Below are positions 30,001-38,133 of a DNA stretch of 64,000 nucleotides, piece after piece (position 1 is the first letter of the stretch; every line of letters begins with the position of its first letter). This DNA comes from Candidatus Omnitrophota bacterium (GTDB lineage: Bacteria > Omnitrophota > Gorgyraeia > Zapsychrales > Fredricksoniimonadaceae). The stretch covers positions 44,162 through 108,161 of the forward strand of contig JADFXH010000007.1 in NCBI GenBank assembly GCA_015233675.1. Direction: 5' to 3'. Both the position numbers and the translations under genes were made by a program. The notes below the pieces were generated by a model, which was not told where the DNA came from, did not search any database, and was given only the letters and a program-made list of their open reading frames with translations.

Positions 30001-31497
30001 GACAGCTCGCTGCATAAAGGCCGTTTGGAAGCGGTCCCACGCGGTATTTTGCAGCTGCAAAAAAAGCCCTGCAGTGATCAAAGATCCAAATACTACTACT
30101 ATTACCGCTATCCCCCAACGCAGAGTGATGGGCATCTTTTTATCTTCAAGGGCCTGCTGCAGGGCCACATAAAACCTTCGCCAATAAGTAAATATACAAA
30201 GCACCATCAAACAGATAAATCCGACAATGAGGATAGACTTCAACCGGTTGTGGGCCACCGCATAACTAAAATCATGCGCGTTCTGGTCTATACCAAGTAC
30301 CCCGATCAGCTTTCCCGTACGGTAATCATTCAAAGGCGAAAATACTGATATCCAACTGCCCCACCTATCAGTGTAGGGCACCCCAACAATACTCTTTGAG
30401 GAGTCAAACACATCATAAACCGCTCGAGGAACTTCATCGTACACCTGTCCGGCAGGAGACTCGTCCTTACTGCCGATTGGTTCAGAATCGACAAGAAAGA
30501 CTATTTTCCCGCCTGCCTTACGCATAAGATAAATAAACCGAATGTGAGTCATGGCCTTGCGCAGGTTCTGAAGCTGGTCTTTCAATGCCCGATACGCCAA
30601 AGTGTTAACATCAGATGCCGAGCCAGTCAACTTCCTGACCAATGCATCGTCCATTACTGAAGTTACCTGTTGTGAAATATTTAAAAGCCTCGCACGCTGA
30701 AAATCTTTCTCATTAATCCCTGCCTTATCTGTGCAAAACCATCCCAAAGCAAGTATCAATATCATCGCAAGAAGAACCCCCGCCCCAAGTCTTTTTTGGT
30801 TATGAGCCATCTGAACATCAAGCTTTTCTATATAAATTTCTTCCTGATAATGCCAGATCATAAAAGCGATCACACCCGCAGCAAAACAACGCAAAAGTTG
30901 AACAGGAAATCCGGTAATAGTAAAAAATAAATCCTGATTGACTGTCAAAAAAGATAACTGCTCCGACTTAGGCAGAAAAAAACCAGCTAACGGGGCATAC
31001 ACAGCCATAGCAAATGCCGCAATGACCATGCTGCGAGCTCCCTGCTTGCTTTCTCTTGAAATCCTCCAGAATGCAAGGGCTGTCAGAAGCCCCCCGAAGA
31101 ATCCAAAAGAACAACGGATACACGCGTTCACTTGTGATACTCCGGCCCAAGTACCTAAGACTACCGCTAGAGATAGCGGAATATAGAACCATCGTCCTAT
31201 CCTGACATATTTAAACCGTTCGCATGTTAAGCGGCCAAATTCAAAAAGACAAATGAATGAAGCGGCCAATGAAATAATGAGAACCCGTTTAAAAAAGCCA
31301 TTATTGCCAAGGCTGATCACCAGCATGGACAGCCATTCATTGATTCCGTGGATCAACCCGAAAAGCCCCAGCCAATGCCAGGGAATCATGGACTCACGAC
31401 GTTTGGGAAAGGAAAAACATATCAAAAATAGTACAGTAAAGGCGAGGCTGTATACAAAAAAAATATAGTCCATCTGACTAGAAAAAAATTCACGCAT
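27052..31497 (-). CDS. multi-sensor hybrid histidine kinase (membrane sensor modules, CHASE-like domain, Cys-rich PAS, HisKA, HATPase, two receivers)
   Basis: 1481 aa. Contains N-terminal multi-TM and periplasmic modules, H-box [21 protein letters not shown], the G-boxes DTGIGIP and GGTGLGLSI, and two receivers ([12 protein letters not shown] and [11 protein letters not shown]). Confidence 0.85.
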   Translation of the reverse strand: MREFFSSQMDYIFFVYSLAFTVLFLICFSFPKRRESMIPWHWLGLFGLIHGINEWLSMLVISLGNNGFFKRVLIISLAASFICLFEFGRLTCERFKYVRIGRWFYIPLSLAVVLGTWAGVSQVNACIRCSFGFFGGLLTALAFWRISRESKQGARSMVIAAFAMAVYAPLAGFFLPKSEQLSFLTVNQDLFFTITGFPVQLLRCFAAGVIAFMIWHYQEEIYIEKLDVQMAHNQKRLGAGVLLAMILILALGWFCTDKAGINEKDFQRARLLNISQQVTSVMDDALVRKLTGSASDVNTLAYRALKDQLQNLRKAMTHIRFIYLMRKAGGKIVFLVDSEPIGSKDESPAGQVYDEVPRAVYDVFDSSKSIVGVPYTDRWGSWISVFSPLNDYRTGKLIGVLGIDQNAHDFSYAVAHNRLKSILIVGFICLMVLCIFTYWRRFYVALQQALEDKKMPITLRWGIAVIVVVFGSLITAGLFLQLQNTAWDRFQTAFMQRAVSRAQNVFLELGHQLDNLDGLRRFLEAIRSNVRLREFNQYTAPFLEEAPIRAIAWIPRVTRENLSSYESSNSYVENNFKLYEKDVLGKKIPVHDRDEYFPVYYVQPFEVNKAALGFDLSSETLRRLTIEKSRDEGRPVATAPIQLFGSSKKNGVLVFYPVYDMDMPKNTVEERRKSLRGFVLGVYNTNEFLKAAYSKSPPEGLSFLVEDMTAPAQDRVLYRHVLRKGRVDWGHPFLKYQTILKMPDRQWRITIVPGSAFIEENLSNGYWAVLPMGIFLTALIAAFLNSMVTQRFRAENLVRIKTKDLKESLILLEKEKTNLQTIFDSSQVGLILIDSKGVVKRVNNILAAMVGRNAGDILLERPGEAICCINPLTTNQRCGETPACKVCAIRNLFEQALATEQIIDGIETPKELFINQKKVSVWLSINAAPVFIDNEKHVLLAIVDITVRKKQEQELIQAKNIADAANKAKSEFLANMSHEIRTPMNAIIGFSDLLEGTPLNEVQKDYVYTIKSSGDILLALISDILDISKIEANSVKFEKISFDLEYLVGNLLKITAVKAMNKDVDLLFEFQAGTPAFFMGDPTRVRQIILNLLSNAVKFTEQGEIKVTVSSPETSTQVGSFRTVKISVKDTGIGIPADKRSAIFELFTQADSSTTRKFGGTGLGLSIALALARKMGGDIEVLSELGRGSEFIVTLHLETGKPLRQTDISLVNMMSLKGKKVAIVDDNEHGLKLIERYCKDIGMEVIYTGDRALKLLSWISGQQDLPEIIISDIMMPEMDGMTLIKRLREEEKYGCIKFIAATSDVRPGTSEEAQQAGFDAYLSKPVLRHELIKIIQAVMGDKRIEKDIITRHTVGELSLKGIRVLVVEDQTPNQKLMKVYLDMFGCVSDYANNGREAIEMIRQNSYDICLMDIQMPVMGGLEATEIIRREVNKDIPIIALTAAVMKEDHEKSLKSGMNDFLTKPMNHNKLKEQILKWACSR

Positions 31498-31551
31498 GAA
31501 ACTTACCTCTCGGGATCATTCAAACTAGCTCCCAGATCGTTTTTATGTCTG

Positions 31552-31974
31552 TTATCCTGAAATTTGAGACAAGAAGCCTTTTTCTTTGAAGTATAAGCTG
31601 TATTGCTGATCCATATTGACCATATGATTATCAAGCCAGCTCGATAAAAAGGCAACCAGCTCCTGCGGCAAGGCTTTATTCCCTGAATTGAATTCTTCCC
31701 AAAACTCCAGCACTTTGGAGGTACAATTGCGGTGTTCCTTTGTATGCATCTCATAGCCGGGATAGGAAAACCTGATCATGAGGATCTCTTCAGTCGAGAA
31801 ATGTGCCCCAACATATTTTACAAGAGCTTCAAAAGTACTCGTAAGGACGCCTTTTTCGCAGCCCAGTTGTACGGCATTATCTAAAACATTCAGGGCCTCT
31901 AGGATCTCCTGATGCTGCGCATCAATGACTTTAATGTGCACGCTCATCTGCGATCCCCAGACAAGTTTGGGCAT
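31552..31974 (-). CDS. bacteriohemerythrin-like protein
   Basis: 140 aa. IDAQHQEILEALN, HFSTEE, HTKEH and the NHMVNMD His/Glu/Asp ligand pattern are those of hemerythrin-like metal-binding domains. Confidence 0.75.
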   Translation of the reverse strand: MPKLVWGSQMSVHIKVIDAQHQEILEALNVLDNAVQLGCEKGVLTSTFEALVKYVGAHFSTEEILMIRFSYPGYEMHTKEHRNCTSKVLEFWEEFNSGNKALPQELVAFLSSWLDNHMVNMDQQYSLYFKEKGFLSQISG

Positions 31975-32000
31975 AGACTAACTCCGAGGTATATTGCCGG

Positions 32001-32666
32001 TCATTCCAAATCGATCATTTGAGTATTGCCCACATAATCAACACGTTTGAGCTGCTGCAGGGCATCGATCTTCTTGAGAATAGCAGTGACCTTGCTTAGT
32101 TCATTTTTTATTTTTGACAATGTCAAATGCTTTTTGTCCTTTGGGTCATTTTGAGACAAAAGGATTTCAAGATAGGTGATCGCCGCCATTAATGGTTGAT
32201 TCATATTATGGTTATACGTCACCACCATATTCTTAACTGTCTCGAGATTTGTAATTTGAATTTTTTCTTCTTCAGCCCTTTTGATGCGCAGATGGGCCTT
32301 CACCCGGGTTTTGACTTCTTCGGGATTTATAGGTTTACTAATATAATCAGCCGCTCCTACAGAAAAACATTTAACCATGTCTTCAGGCTTATTCATTGCG
32401 GTAATAAAAAGTATCGGGATAGACTGATGTTTTTCATGCTTCTTAAGCCTTTGGCAAACCTCAAAGCCGTCTATATCCGGCATGATGACATCAAGCAGTA
32501 TAATATCCGGCTTTTCACGCTCCACAGCATCGAGAGCAGCACGGCCGGAATCAGCTTGCACAACTTTATACCCCTCGTCAGCCTGTAAAAGCAGCATTGA
32601 TAAAAGCTCACGGTTCGTCTTTTTATCATCTACAACAAGTATTTTCGAGGTTACTCTTTCCGTCAT
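32001..32666 (-). CDS. receiver domain fused to an H-box/dimerisation-like domain without ATPase domain
   Basis: ILVVDDKKTNRELL ... ILLDVIMPDIDGFE receiver, then YNHNMNQPLMAAITYLEIL. The latter parallels the H-box [20 protein letters not shown] of the kinase at 33224-34390. No N/G boxes follow. Confidence 0.65.
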   Translation of the reverse strand: MTERVTSKILVVDDKKTNRELLSMLLLQADEGYKVVQADSGRAALDAVEREKPDIILLDVIMPDIDGFEVCQRLKKHEKHQSIPILFITAMNKPEDMVKCFSVGAADYISKPINPEEVKTRVKAHLRIKRAEEEKIQITNLETVKNMVVTYNHNMNQPLMAAITYLEILLSQNDPKDKKHLTLSKIKNELSKVTAILKKIDALQQLKRVDYVGNTQMIDLE

Positions 32667-33205
32667 TTCTTTTTATCCCATTTTTTGACGATCGCGCTGA
32701 TCTTGTCCTGCACCTTGCTTTTGATCTCAATATCACTAAGAATAGAGTTCAGCAACTCCTCGTGTTCTTCGGCCATACGCAGGATATCCAGTTTTAATTC
32801 TTCGTTATACCTTTCCAAACGGAAACGTTCAATCGCATGCTTCAAAGGAAGAAGCACCTTATCTTTATCCTCAATGGGTTTAAGGATGTAATCAAAAGCT
32901 CCTTCTCTTAGGGCGTCCTGACAGGTTTCCATCGTGCCGAATCCTGTTAAGAAAATCACAGGGATTTCTTTTTTCCTTAAATTAAGATATCTTAGTAATT
33001 CTATCCCCATTTTACCGGGCATTTTAAGATCACTGATAATAGCTTCAATATCTCTTTTTAATTCAACGACCTTAATAGCATTATCAACGCAATCCGCTAT
33101 GTACACCTGAAAACCTAATGCTTCCAGGAGTTCTTGAAGCGATTCTCTGATGGCTTCTTCATCATCCACTACTAAAACACAACCTTGTTTTTCCTTTGTT
33201 GCCAT
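32663..33205 (-). CDS. response regulator (receiver plus short helical C-terminal tail)
   Basis: VLVVDDEEAIRESL ... IISDLKMPGKMG ... FLTGFG ... KP. It has a 4-nt overlap with the next gene. Confidence 0.75.
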   Translation of the reverse strand: MATKEKQGCVLVVDDEEAIRESLQELLEALGFQVYIADCVDNAIKVVELKRDIEAIISDLKMPGKMGIELLRYLNLRKKEIPVIFLTGFGTMETCQDALREGAFDYILKPIEDKDKVLLPLKHAIERFRLERYNEELKLDILRMAEEHEELLNSILSDIEIKSKVQDKISAIVKKWDKKK

Positions 33206-33223
33206 GGTCTGCCTCCGGTTAAT

Positions 33224-34390
33224 TTACAAATTTTCCAATTCAGCTTTTAGCTCTTTATTTAATGCCTCAACACCGGCCAAATCCTGTTCTTTATCAAGAG
33301 GAAGCACAAAATAAAAAATCTTTCGCTCATTCTTTAAAGATGAAAACCCGATTACCCCTTTATGGCTTTTTATAATGGTAAAAGAAACGGAAAGACCAAG
33401 GCCGGTCCCTTTACCCGGGGCCTTAGTGGTAAAAAAGGGCTCAAAAAGATTCTCCTCTGATCCGCTTTTGACCGCTATCCCATTATCAATAACACCGGAG
33501 ACAATTGCGGGGAAGTTCTTCAATTTTTTAGAAATAAACCAGATGTGGCCGCCTTCCTGTTGATTAAATTTCTCATCAATGGCATCACGGGCATTGATCA
33601 GGAAATTAACCACCACATCCTGGATCTGGTAGCGGTCAATATAAACCTCAGGGAGGTCTTCTTGCAGTTGTAATTCCACGGCAATATTGTGGTCCTTGAA
33701 CTGTTGCGTCAAAAGAAAAAGTCCGTCAGTGATCGGGCGTTTGACGTCCCCTTCGGTAAAGGTGCCCATACGGCTACCGGAATATTCATGCATCCGCTTA
33801 ACGATAGTGCCAAGCCTGACAAACTGGTCCTTGATCTTGAGCATCTTGTTTTTCAGCACCAAATTTGTCACGAGAGCATCATTCATCAAGAGTCCCTCGA
33901 GATAGGATGATATGGCCATCAAAGGCTGGTTCATTTCATGGGCAACACCGGCACCCAATTCCCCCATCGCGGTCAATTTCGCAGCCCGTAAAAGCTGTGT
34001 CTGTTGGATTTTTAACTGCAGGTACAATCTTTGATTTTCCGCGGCCCGGTTGATATTCATACACAGTTCTTCTAAATTAAAAGGTTTAATAATATAATCA
34101 AAAGCCCCTTTTTTTAATGAGGCAATAGCGCTTTCCATGTCCCCATGCCCTGTCAGCATAATCACCTGCGCCTCGGCGTTCATGAGTTTAACTTTTTCCA
34201 GCATTTCCATGCCATCCATGCCGGGCATCGAAATATCGCAAATGATCACTTCCGGTTTCTCTTTGACAAAAGCTTCCAGGCCTTGCTCGCCGCTTGAGGC
34301 AACAAAAACCTCATAGTTCTTGAGTTCCAAGCTGCTTTTGAGCATCTTGCGCTGTATTTCTTCATCATCTACAATCAATATTTTTATCAT
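33224..34390 (-). CDS. receiver-histidine kinase fusion (REC-HisKA-HATPase)
   Basis: [14 protein letters not shown] ... [12 protein letters not shown] receiver, H-box [11 protein letters not shown]-box NARDAI and G-box GKGTGLGLS. Confidence 0.85.
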   Translation of the reverse strand: MIKILIVDDEEIQRKMLKSSLELKNYEVFVASSGEQGLEAFVKEKPEVIICDISMPGMDGMEMLEKVKLMNAEAQVIMLTGHGDMESAIASLKKGAFDYIIKPFNLEELCMNINRAAENQRLYLQLKIQQTQLLRAAKLTAMGELGAGVAHEMNQPLMAISSYLEGLLMNDALVTNLVLKNKMLKIKDQFVRLGTIVKRMHEYSGSRMGTFTEGDVKRPITDGLFLLTQQFKDHNIAVELQLQEDLPEVYIDRYQIQDVVVNFLINARDAIDEKFNQQEGGHIWFISKKLKNFPAIVSGVIDNGIAVKSGSEENLFEPFFTTKAPGKGTGLGLSVSFTIIKSHKGVIGFSSLKNERKIFYFVLPLDKEQDLAGVEALNKELKAELENL

Positions 34391-34413
34391 CTTTTTTAAT
34401 TCCCCTTCCCATA

Positions 34414-36027
34414 TCAGGATTTTTCAACGAAGGCGCGTTGTAAATTTTCAAAATTAATTTTTACCTGAAAATATAATTTCTTGATCTCTTCAATACTCCC
34501 TTTCTCTCTTGCCAGATTGTTTATCTCTGCGGCAGGCGTCGACACCGAAGTCAGCCTCAAATTAGAAAAAACCCCCTTTAGTATGTGCGAAGTTTGATCG
34601 ATATGAGTAAAATCATTTTCTACAATCGCTTTTTCTAAATTAGCAACGTCTGCACTTCCTTCCTCCACAGCCCCCCGCGCTATTTTTAAGTAAATATCTA
34701 GGGGGCATTGCAATTCTTTAGAATTTTGCTGGACCATTTCTTCAAACGAATTGATGTTGTTTTCATTGTTCATAGTTTCCCCTTCGCTAACCCCTCCCGC
34801 CAAGGGGAGGGAATCTAATTTGTTATTGCCCCCTCTCTCCAGGGGCGTAGAATTTAATGAACTATTGCCCCCCCCCACCAAAGGTGTGGAATTTAATGAG
34901 CTATTATGGTCTTTCTCAAGTTCAAGAGCCTTGATCTGCAGGGCCTTGATCTGGTCCTCATATTTCTGGATCATCTGGTCCATATGAATGGATTTGCGGA
35001 ATTCCTCAAACTCCTTGCCTTGGGCAAACTGCGCTATCGACTCAACCGCGCCTTTTGTCTTTTCATCGATAAGCTCAAGTTTCATCTTGCCTTCTTGGAT
35101 ACGCAATTTGATCTTGTGCAGTTCTTTCTTTTCTTCATCCATCAGCTTTTCAATATGAAACATTTCAATCTCTGATTTTTTGAAACGGGCCATACGTTCG
35201 CTTGTATCCTTCTGTGCGAGCGTCATGCGCTCGATCTGGTCAGTAAGACGCTTAATCACACTTTCCTTAACTGCGAGTTCTTCATTATTTTGCGGTACGT
35301 TCTTGCCCTGTTGCTCCATCATTGACAGCTGGGCCTTGAGCTTCACGAGCTCTTGCTCTTTCTGGCCGGACTCGGTTGCTTTTGTCTCAAGCTCAGCTTT
35401 AAGATTCTTAACTTCACTCAGAAGACGATTGATCTCGGTTTCCTTGACTGCGATTTCTTCAGTTTTTTGTAAGGCGCTCTTGCTTTCTTCTCCTAATCTT
35501 ATCAGCTCAACCTTGAGCTTCACAATCTCCTGTTCTTTCAAAGTGAATTCGTTCGCCTTGCCCTGGAGTTTTACTTTAAGACTCTCCACTTCACTGAGCA
35601 GGACCCTGTTCTCGCTTTCCTTATGCGCAAGCTCTTCACTGTTTTGAGAAACGTTTTTACCCTGTTCCTCCATTTTTGCCAACTGGACCTTGAGTTTCGT
35701 AAGCTCTAGTTCTTTCTGGGAGGACTCAGTCGCCTTTGACTCGAATTCTTCTTTAATCCTGCGCACTTCACCGACCAAATCCCGAAGATCATTATTTTTT
35801 GAAAGCAATTCTTCATTTTTTCGTGAGGTCTCAGCTTGCAATCTGTCGGATTCTTCTTTTATTTGTTCCAGCTCTTTCTTAAATTTCTCTGGAGCGGTTT
35901 CCGCAAAACTCAACTGCTCCTTTAATATTTTGATCTGCTTGTTTAATTTTGCGTCCTCATTAATGATATAAATGACAACACCGATAGCAACCACAGCACA
36001 CGTTATTGAAAAAATTATTAGGATCAT
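34414..36027 (-). CDS. membrane-anchored long coiled-coil protein with C-terminal HPt (histidine phosphotransfer) domain
   Basis: 537 aa. Contains an N-terminal TM (ILIIFSITCAVVAIGVVIYII), about 340 residues of heptad-rich E/K/L/Q sequence with about 59-aa internal repeats, and a C-terminal SHILKGVFSNLRL HPt signature. It has a 4-nt overlap with the upstream gene. Confidence 0.7.
   Translation of the reverse strand: MILIIFSITCAVVAIGVVIYIINEDAKLNKQIKILKEQLSFAETAPEKFKKELEQIKEESDRLQAETSRKNEELLSKNNDLRDLVGEVRRIKEEFESKATESSQKELELTKLKVQLAKMEEQGKNVSQNSEELAHKESENRVLLSEVESLKVKLQGKANEFTLKEQEIVKLKVELIRLGEESKSALQKTEEIAVKETEINRLLSEVKNLKAELETKATESGQKEQELVKLKAQLSMMEQQGKNVPQNNEELAVKESVIKRLTDQIERMTLAQKDTSERMARFKKSEIEMFHIEKLMDEEKKELHKIKLRIQEGKMKLELIDEKTKGAVESIAQFAQGKEFEEFRKSIHMDQMIQKYEDQIKALQIKALELEKDHNSSLNSTPLVGGGNSSLNSTPLERGGNNKLDSLPLAGGVSEGETMNNENNINSFEEMVQQNSKELQCPLDIYLKIARGAVEEGSADVANLEKAIVENDFTHIDQTSHILKGVFSNLRLTSVSTPAAEINNLAREKGSIEEIKKLYFQVKINFENLQRAFVEKS
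34788..34904. repeat. three tandem 39-bp units of a hairpin repeat, in-frame inside the HPt gene
   Basis: The units at 34788-34826, 34827-34865 and 34866-34904 each have the form C-rich arm / G-rich arm / GAAT(C/T)TAAT. Unit A forms a 7-bp GC hairpin (34792-34811). They translate as SLNSTPLVGGGNS / SLNSTPLERGGNN / KLDSLPLAGGVSE. Confidence 0.8.
35224..35739. repeat. about 177-bp (59-aa) tandem coding repeats, ~3 copies, in the coiled-coil region
   Basis: Protein-level repeats are KATESSQKELELTKLKVQLAKMEEQGKNVSQNSEELAHKESENRVLLSEVESLKVKLQG, KANEFTLKEQEIVKLKVELIRLGEESKSALQKTEEIAVKETEINRLLSEVKNLKAELET and KATESGQKEQELVKLKAQLSMMEQQGKNVPQNNEELAVKESVIKRL. Confidence 0.75.
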
Positions 36028-36644
36028 GCCTTTTCTCCACCAGGCTTAGGTTTTAAGCCCTTTAGCCTGCGAAGTTTTTCAAGTGTCGAATCGATCCCCT
36101 TGGATTCCTTCTCTTCAACGCCGATATCTTCAAGATTGCTTTGGACCTCTTGGTGAACATAAAGCTTGGAAAGATCAATCGACTCAAATTCGGCTGCTTC
36201 TTTAAGCTCCTGTAGCTTGTACTCGCGGGCAGGGCCGCTGAGACCTTTGAGCTCCTTTAGCATACCTGCAATCTTGTCGGAAAGCTTCTCCGATACAGCA
36301 TCGAGGGAACCTTGAAGGATCGCCCCCATATGCGTCTTAAATTCCTCGAGCGTCATGCCAGCTTGCCCCGCTGCAGGAGATGCTACAAGCGGCGCCGGCG
36401 GGACCGATAACGGGACAGCAGGGACCGGCGGCTCTGGTAGCACAGTTCTGGGCTCCTGTATCCTATTTTTCACCCGGGCCGTCACCACATCCATAGAACC
36501 CACAAATTCACCCAGCAGTAATTCCATCTCCATGAGCTCATCATTAAGCTCCTTACGTGACTGCTGAGTGGCATTGATCCTTTGAAATAATCTTGGGACC
36601 AAAACCTCGGGATCATCTATGGTATTTGTATCTTCAGGGCTCAT
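36024..36644 (-). CDS. hypothetical protein with central proline-rich linker (cluster-specific)
   Basis: 206 aa with LPEPPVPAVPLSVPPAPLVASPAAG between two helical segments. It has 4-nt overlaps at both ends, with the actin-like gene upstream and the HPt gene downstream. Confidence 0.5.
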   Translation of the reverse strand: MSPEDTNTIDDPEVLVPRLFQRINATQQSRKELNDELMEMELLLGEFVGSMDVVTARVKNRIQEPRTVLPEPPVPAVPLSVPPAPLVASPAAGQAGMTLEEFKTHMGAILQGSLDAVSEKLSDKIAGMLKELKGLSGPAREYKLQELKEAAEFESIDLSKLYVHQEVQSNLEDIGVEEKESKGIDSTLEKLRRLKGLKPKPGGEKA

Positions 36645-38032
36645 TGGCTCCCACCATTAATTGCATTAAACAAACATCCGCGCACAACACTGGTAAAAGG
36701 CTCCTTGGCGTGAAGGATATTCCCCACGGGAAATCCGAATTTAACCGATTTAATCTCCTCTTGGACGACATCAATAAAACCTGGCACCATGGATGATCCG
36801 CCTGCAAAAACGATATCAGCCGGCTCTTTAAAATGGGGAGTATCCGTGCTTTTGCCAAAGACACGGGCCATGTTCTCAATAAGATAATGGATATAATTAC
36901 GGTAATAGATCGCGATCGCTTCTTCTTCGCGGTTGGCGGGGATCTTGATACTCATGCCATGTTCCTTGATAGTTGAGACACGGGTCGTAGGGACACCAAG
37001 GACAGTCGCCGCGCTTTTATCGATCCAGTCACCGCCGCGCGTGATCGAAAACGACAGCACAGGCACAGACTTAAACGCGGCACATATATTGACCATGCCG
37101 GCCCCACAGGAAATGCCGATACCCGTAAAATCCTGATCTTCCATCTCGGAAAGGACAACGGCATATCCTTCGTCGATAACTAAAGGCTTAAAACCGATAT
37201 TCTTTAGGATCCCTTCAAAAACACCACGGTGGTAGATCGTATCCTGGTCGCGGTCAAGAGGTTTAGCGGGTACTGAAAAACAACAAACCTCGCCTTTTTC
37301 GCGAGGCTCCCATAAAATATTTTTCACTAAAAGCTGGATGATCGGGATAGACTCGGCTTCAGAAGGGTTTAATATCCCCATGTTCATGGACCGTTGTGTT
37401 TCCCGCCCGAAAATGTCCGCAAGCTCCAAAGCCATGCCACCTAAAACATAAAGTTTGTCCTGCAGGGCAACATATTTGATCTTAAGGCGTGTTAACAAAT
37501 CCTTGGTCGATTGATCACAACGCACGGAAAGAAAGGCATTGCGTTCATTCTTCACAAATACCCGTTTGTCCTCAACCTCACGGCTTGCGACAATATAGGC
37601 TGTTCCCAAGTCCAGGCCGACGCCTGTCCTGACCGCAGCGTTCCTGCCGCGGCTCAGCGCCGGAAGTACAACCGTAGTGGTTTCTTCTTCTTTGACAGGA
37701 ACCGGTTCTTGCTCTTCGCCCACCTCCTCGACCGTCTCCTCTTCCATGACAAATGCAAGCTTCTCGACAGGTGGAGGGGGAAGCTCTTCCCTTAGAAAAA
37801 CAGGCGGCTTGACGTCGCGGCCCATGGCGCGAGCACGAATATATTCGTTAATGGCGCGCAGTTTCGCGCGCATTTCGTCAACGGGAATTTCCTGGTCCCC
37901 ACGAAGTCTTTGAGGTTTAATTTCTTTTTCGTTAGAAAACTGCGGGCTCTTGCTTAGGTTGGAATAACTCTTTATCTTATCATTTATCTTTAATAATCGC
38001 TTTCTGATATCCTGCAATTCCTCATCGACCAC
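36641..38032 (-). CDS. actin-like ATPase (MamK/Mad28/MreB superfamily) with ~140-aa N-terminal extension
   Basis: GTG start at 38032 with AGAGG 7 nt upstream. Actin-fold motifs are GVGLDLGTAYIV (phosphate 1), FTGIGISCGAGMVNI (phosphate 2) and IVFAGGSSMVPGF (adenosine). It is a clear paralogue of 38134-39123. Confidence 0.7.
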   Translation of the reverse strand: MVDEELQDIRKRLLKINDKIKSYSNLSKSPQFSNEKEIKPQRLRGDQEIPVDEMRAKLRAINEYIRARAMGRDVKPPVFLREELPPPPVEKLAFVMEEETVEEVGEEQEPVPVKEEETTTVVLPALSRGRNAAVRTGVGLDLGTAYIVASREVEDKRVFVKNERNAFLSVRCDQSTKDLLTRLKIKYVALQDKLYVLGGMALELADIFGRETQRSMNMGILNPSEAESIPIIQLLVKNILWEPREKGEVCCFSVPAKPLDRDQDTIYHRGVFEGILKNIGFKPLVIDEGYAVVLSEMEDQDFTGIGISCGAGMVNICAAFKSVPVLSFSITRGGDWIDKSAATVLGVPTTRVSTIKEHGMSIKIPANREEEAIAIYYRNYIHYLIENMARVFGKSTDTPHFKEPADIVFAGGSSMVPGFIDVVQEEIKSVKFGFPVGNILHAKEPFTSVVRGCLFNAINGGSQ

Positions 38033-38090
38033 TTACTTGCCTCTTTCTTTCCGGCTTCCAAAACTTTTCTCATATCTTCTTTCTATAAAA

Positions 38091-38122
38091 GATTGCTTCG
38101 TCGCTTCGCTCCTCGCAATGAC
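38091..38122. repeat. GTCAT-type palindromic-unit repeat, single arm
   Basis: GATTGCTTCGTCGCTTCGCTCCTCGCAATGAC lies in the gap between the two actin-like genes. It belongs to the same family as the units at 46335, 50001, 60165 and 61564. Confidence 0.6.
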
Positions 38123-38133
38123 ACAGGCTCTTC

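Noticed and set aside
34788-34904. Tandem 39-bp repeats (and the 162-bp repeats at 60702-60980) as a possible CRISPR array
   Set aside because: The units abut each other with no unique spacers and keep the reading frame of well-supported ORFs. No cas genes or leader are present.
35180-35647. 155-aa Ser/Leu-rich plus-strand ORF (also 34906-35175, 35690-35971 and 45727-46026)
   Set aside because: These are antisense to coiled-coil or acidic coding repeats. The GAA/AAG/CTT-rich codon usage of the true genes keeps the opposite strand open, so there is no independent support.
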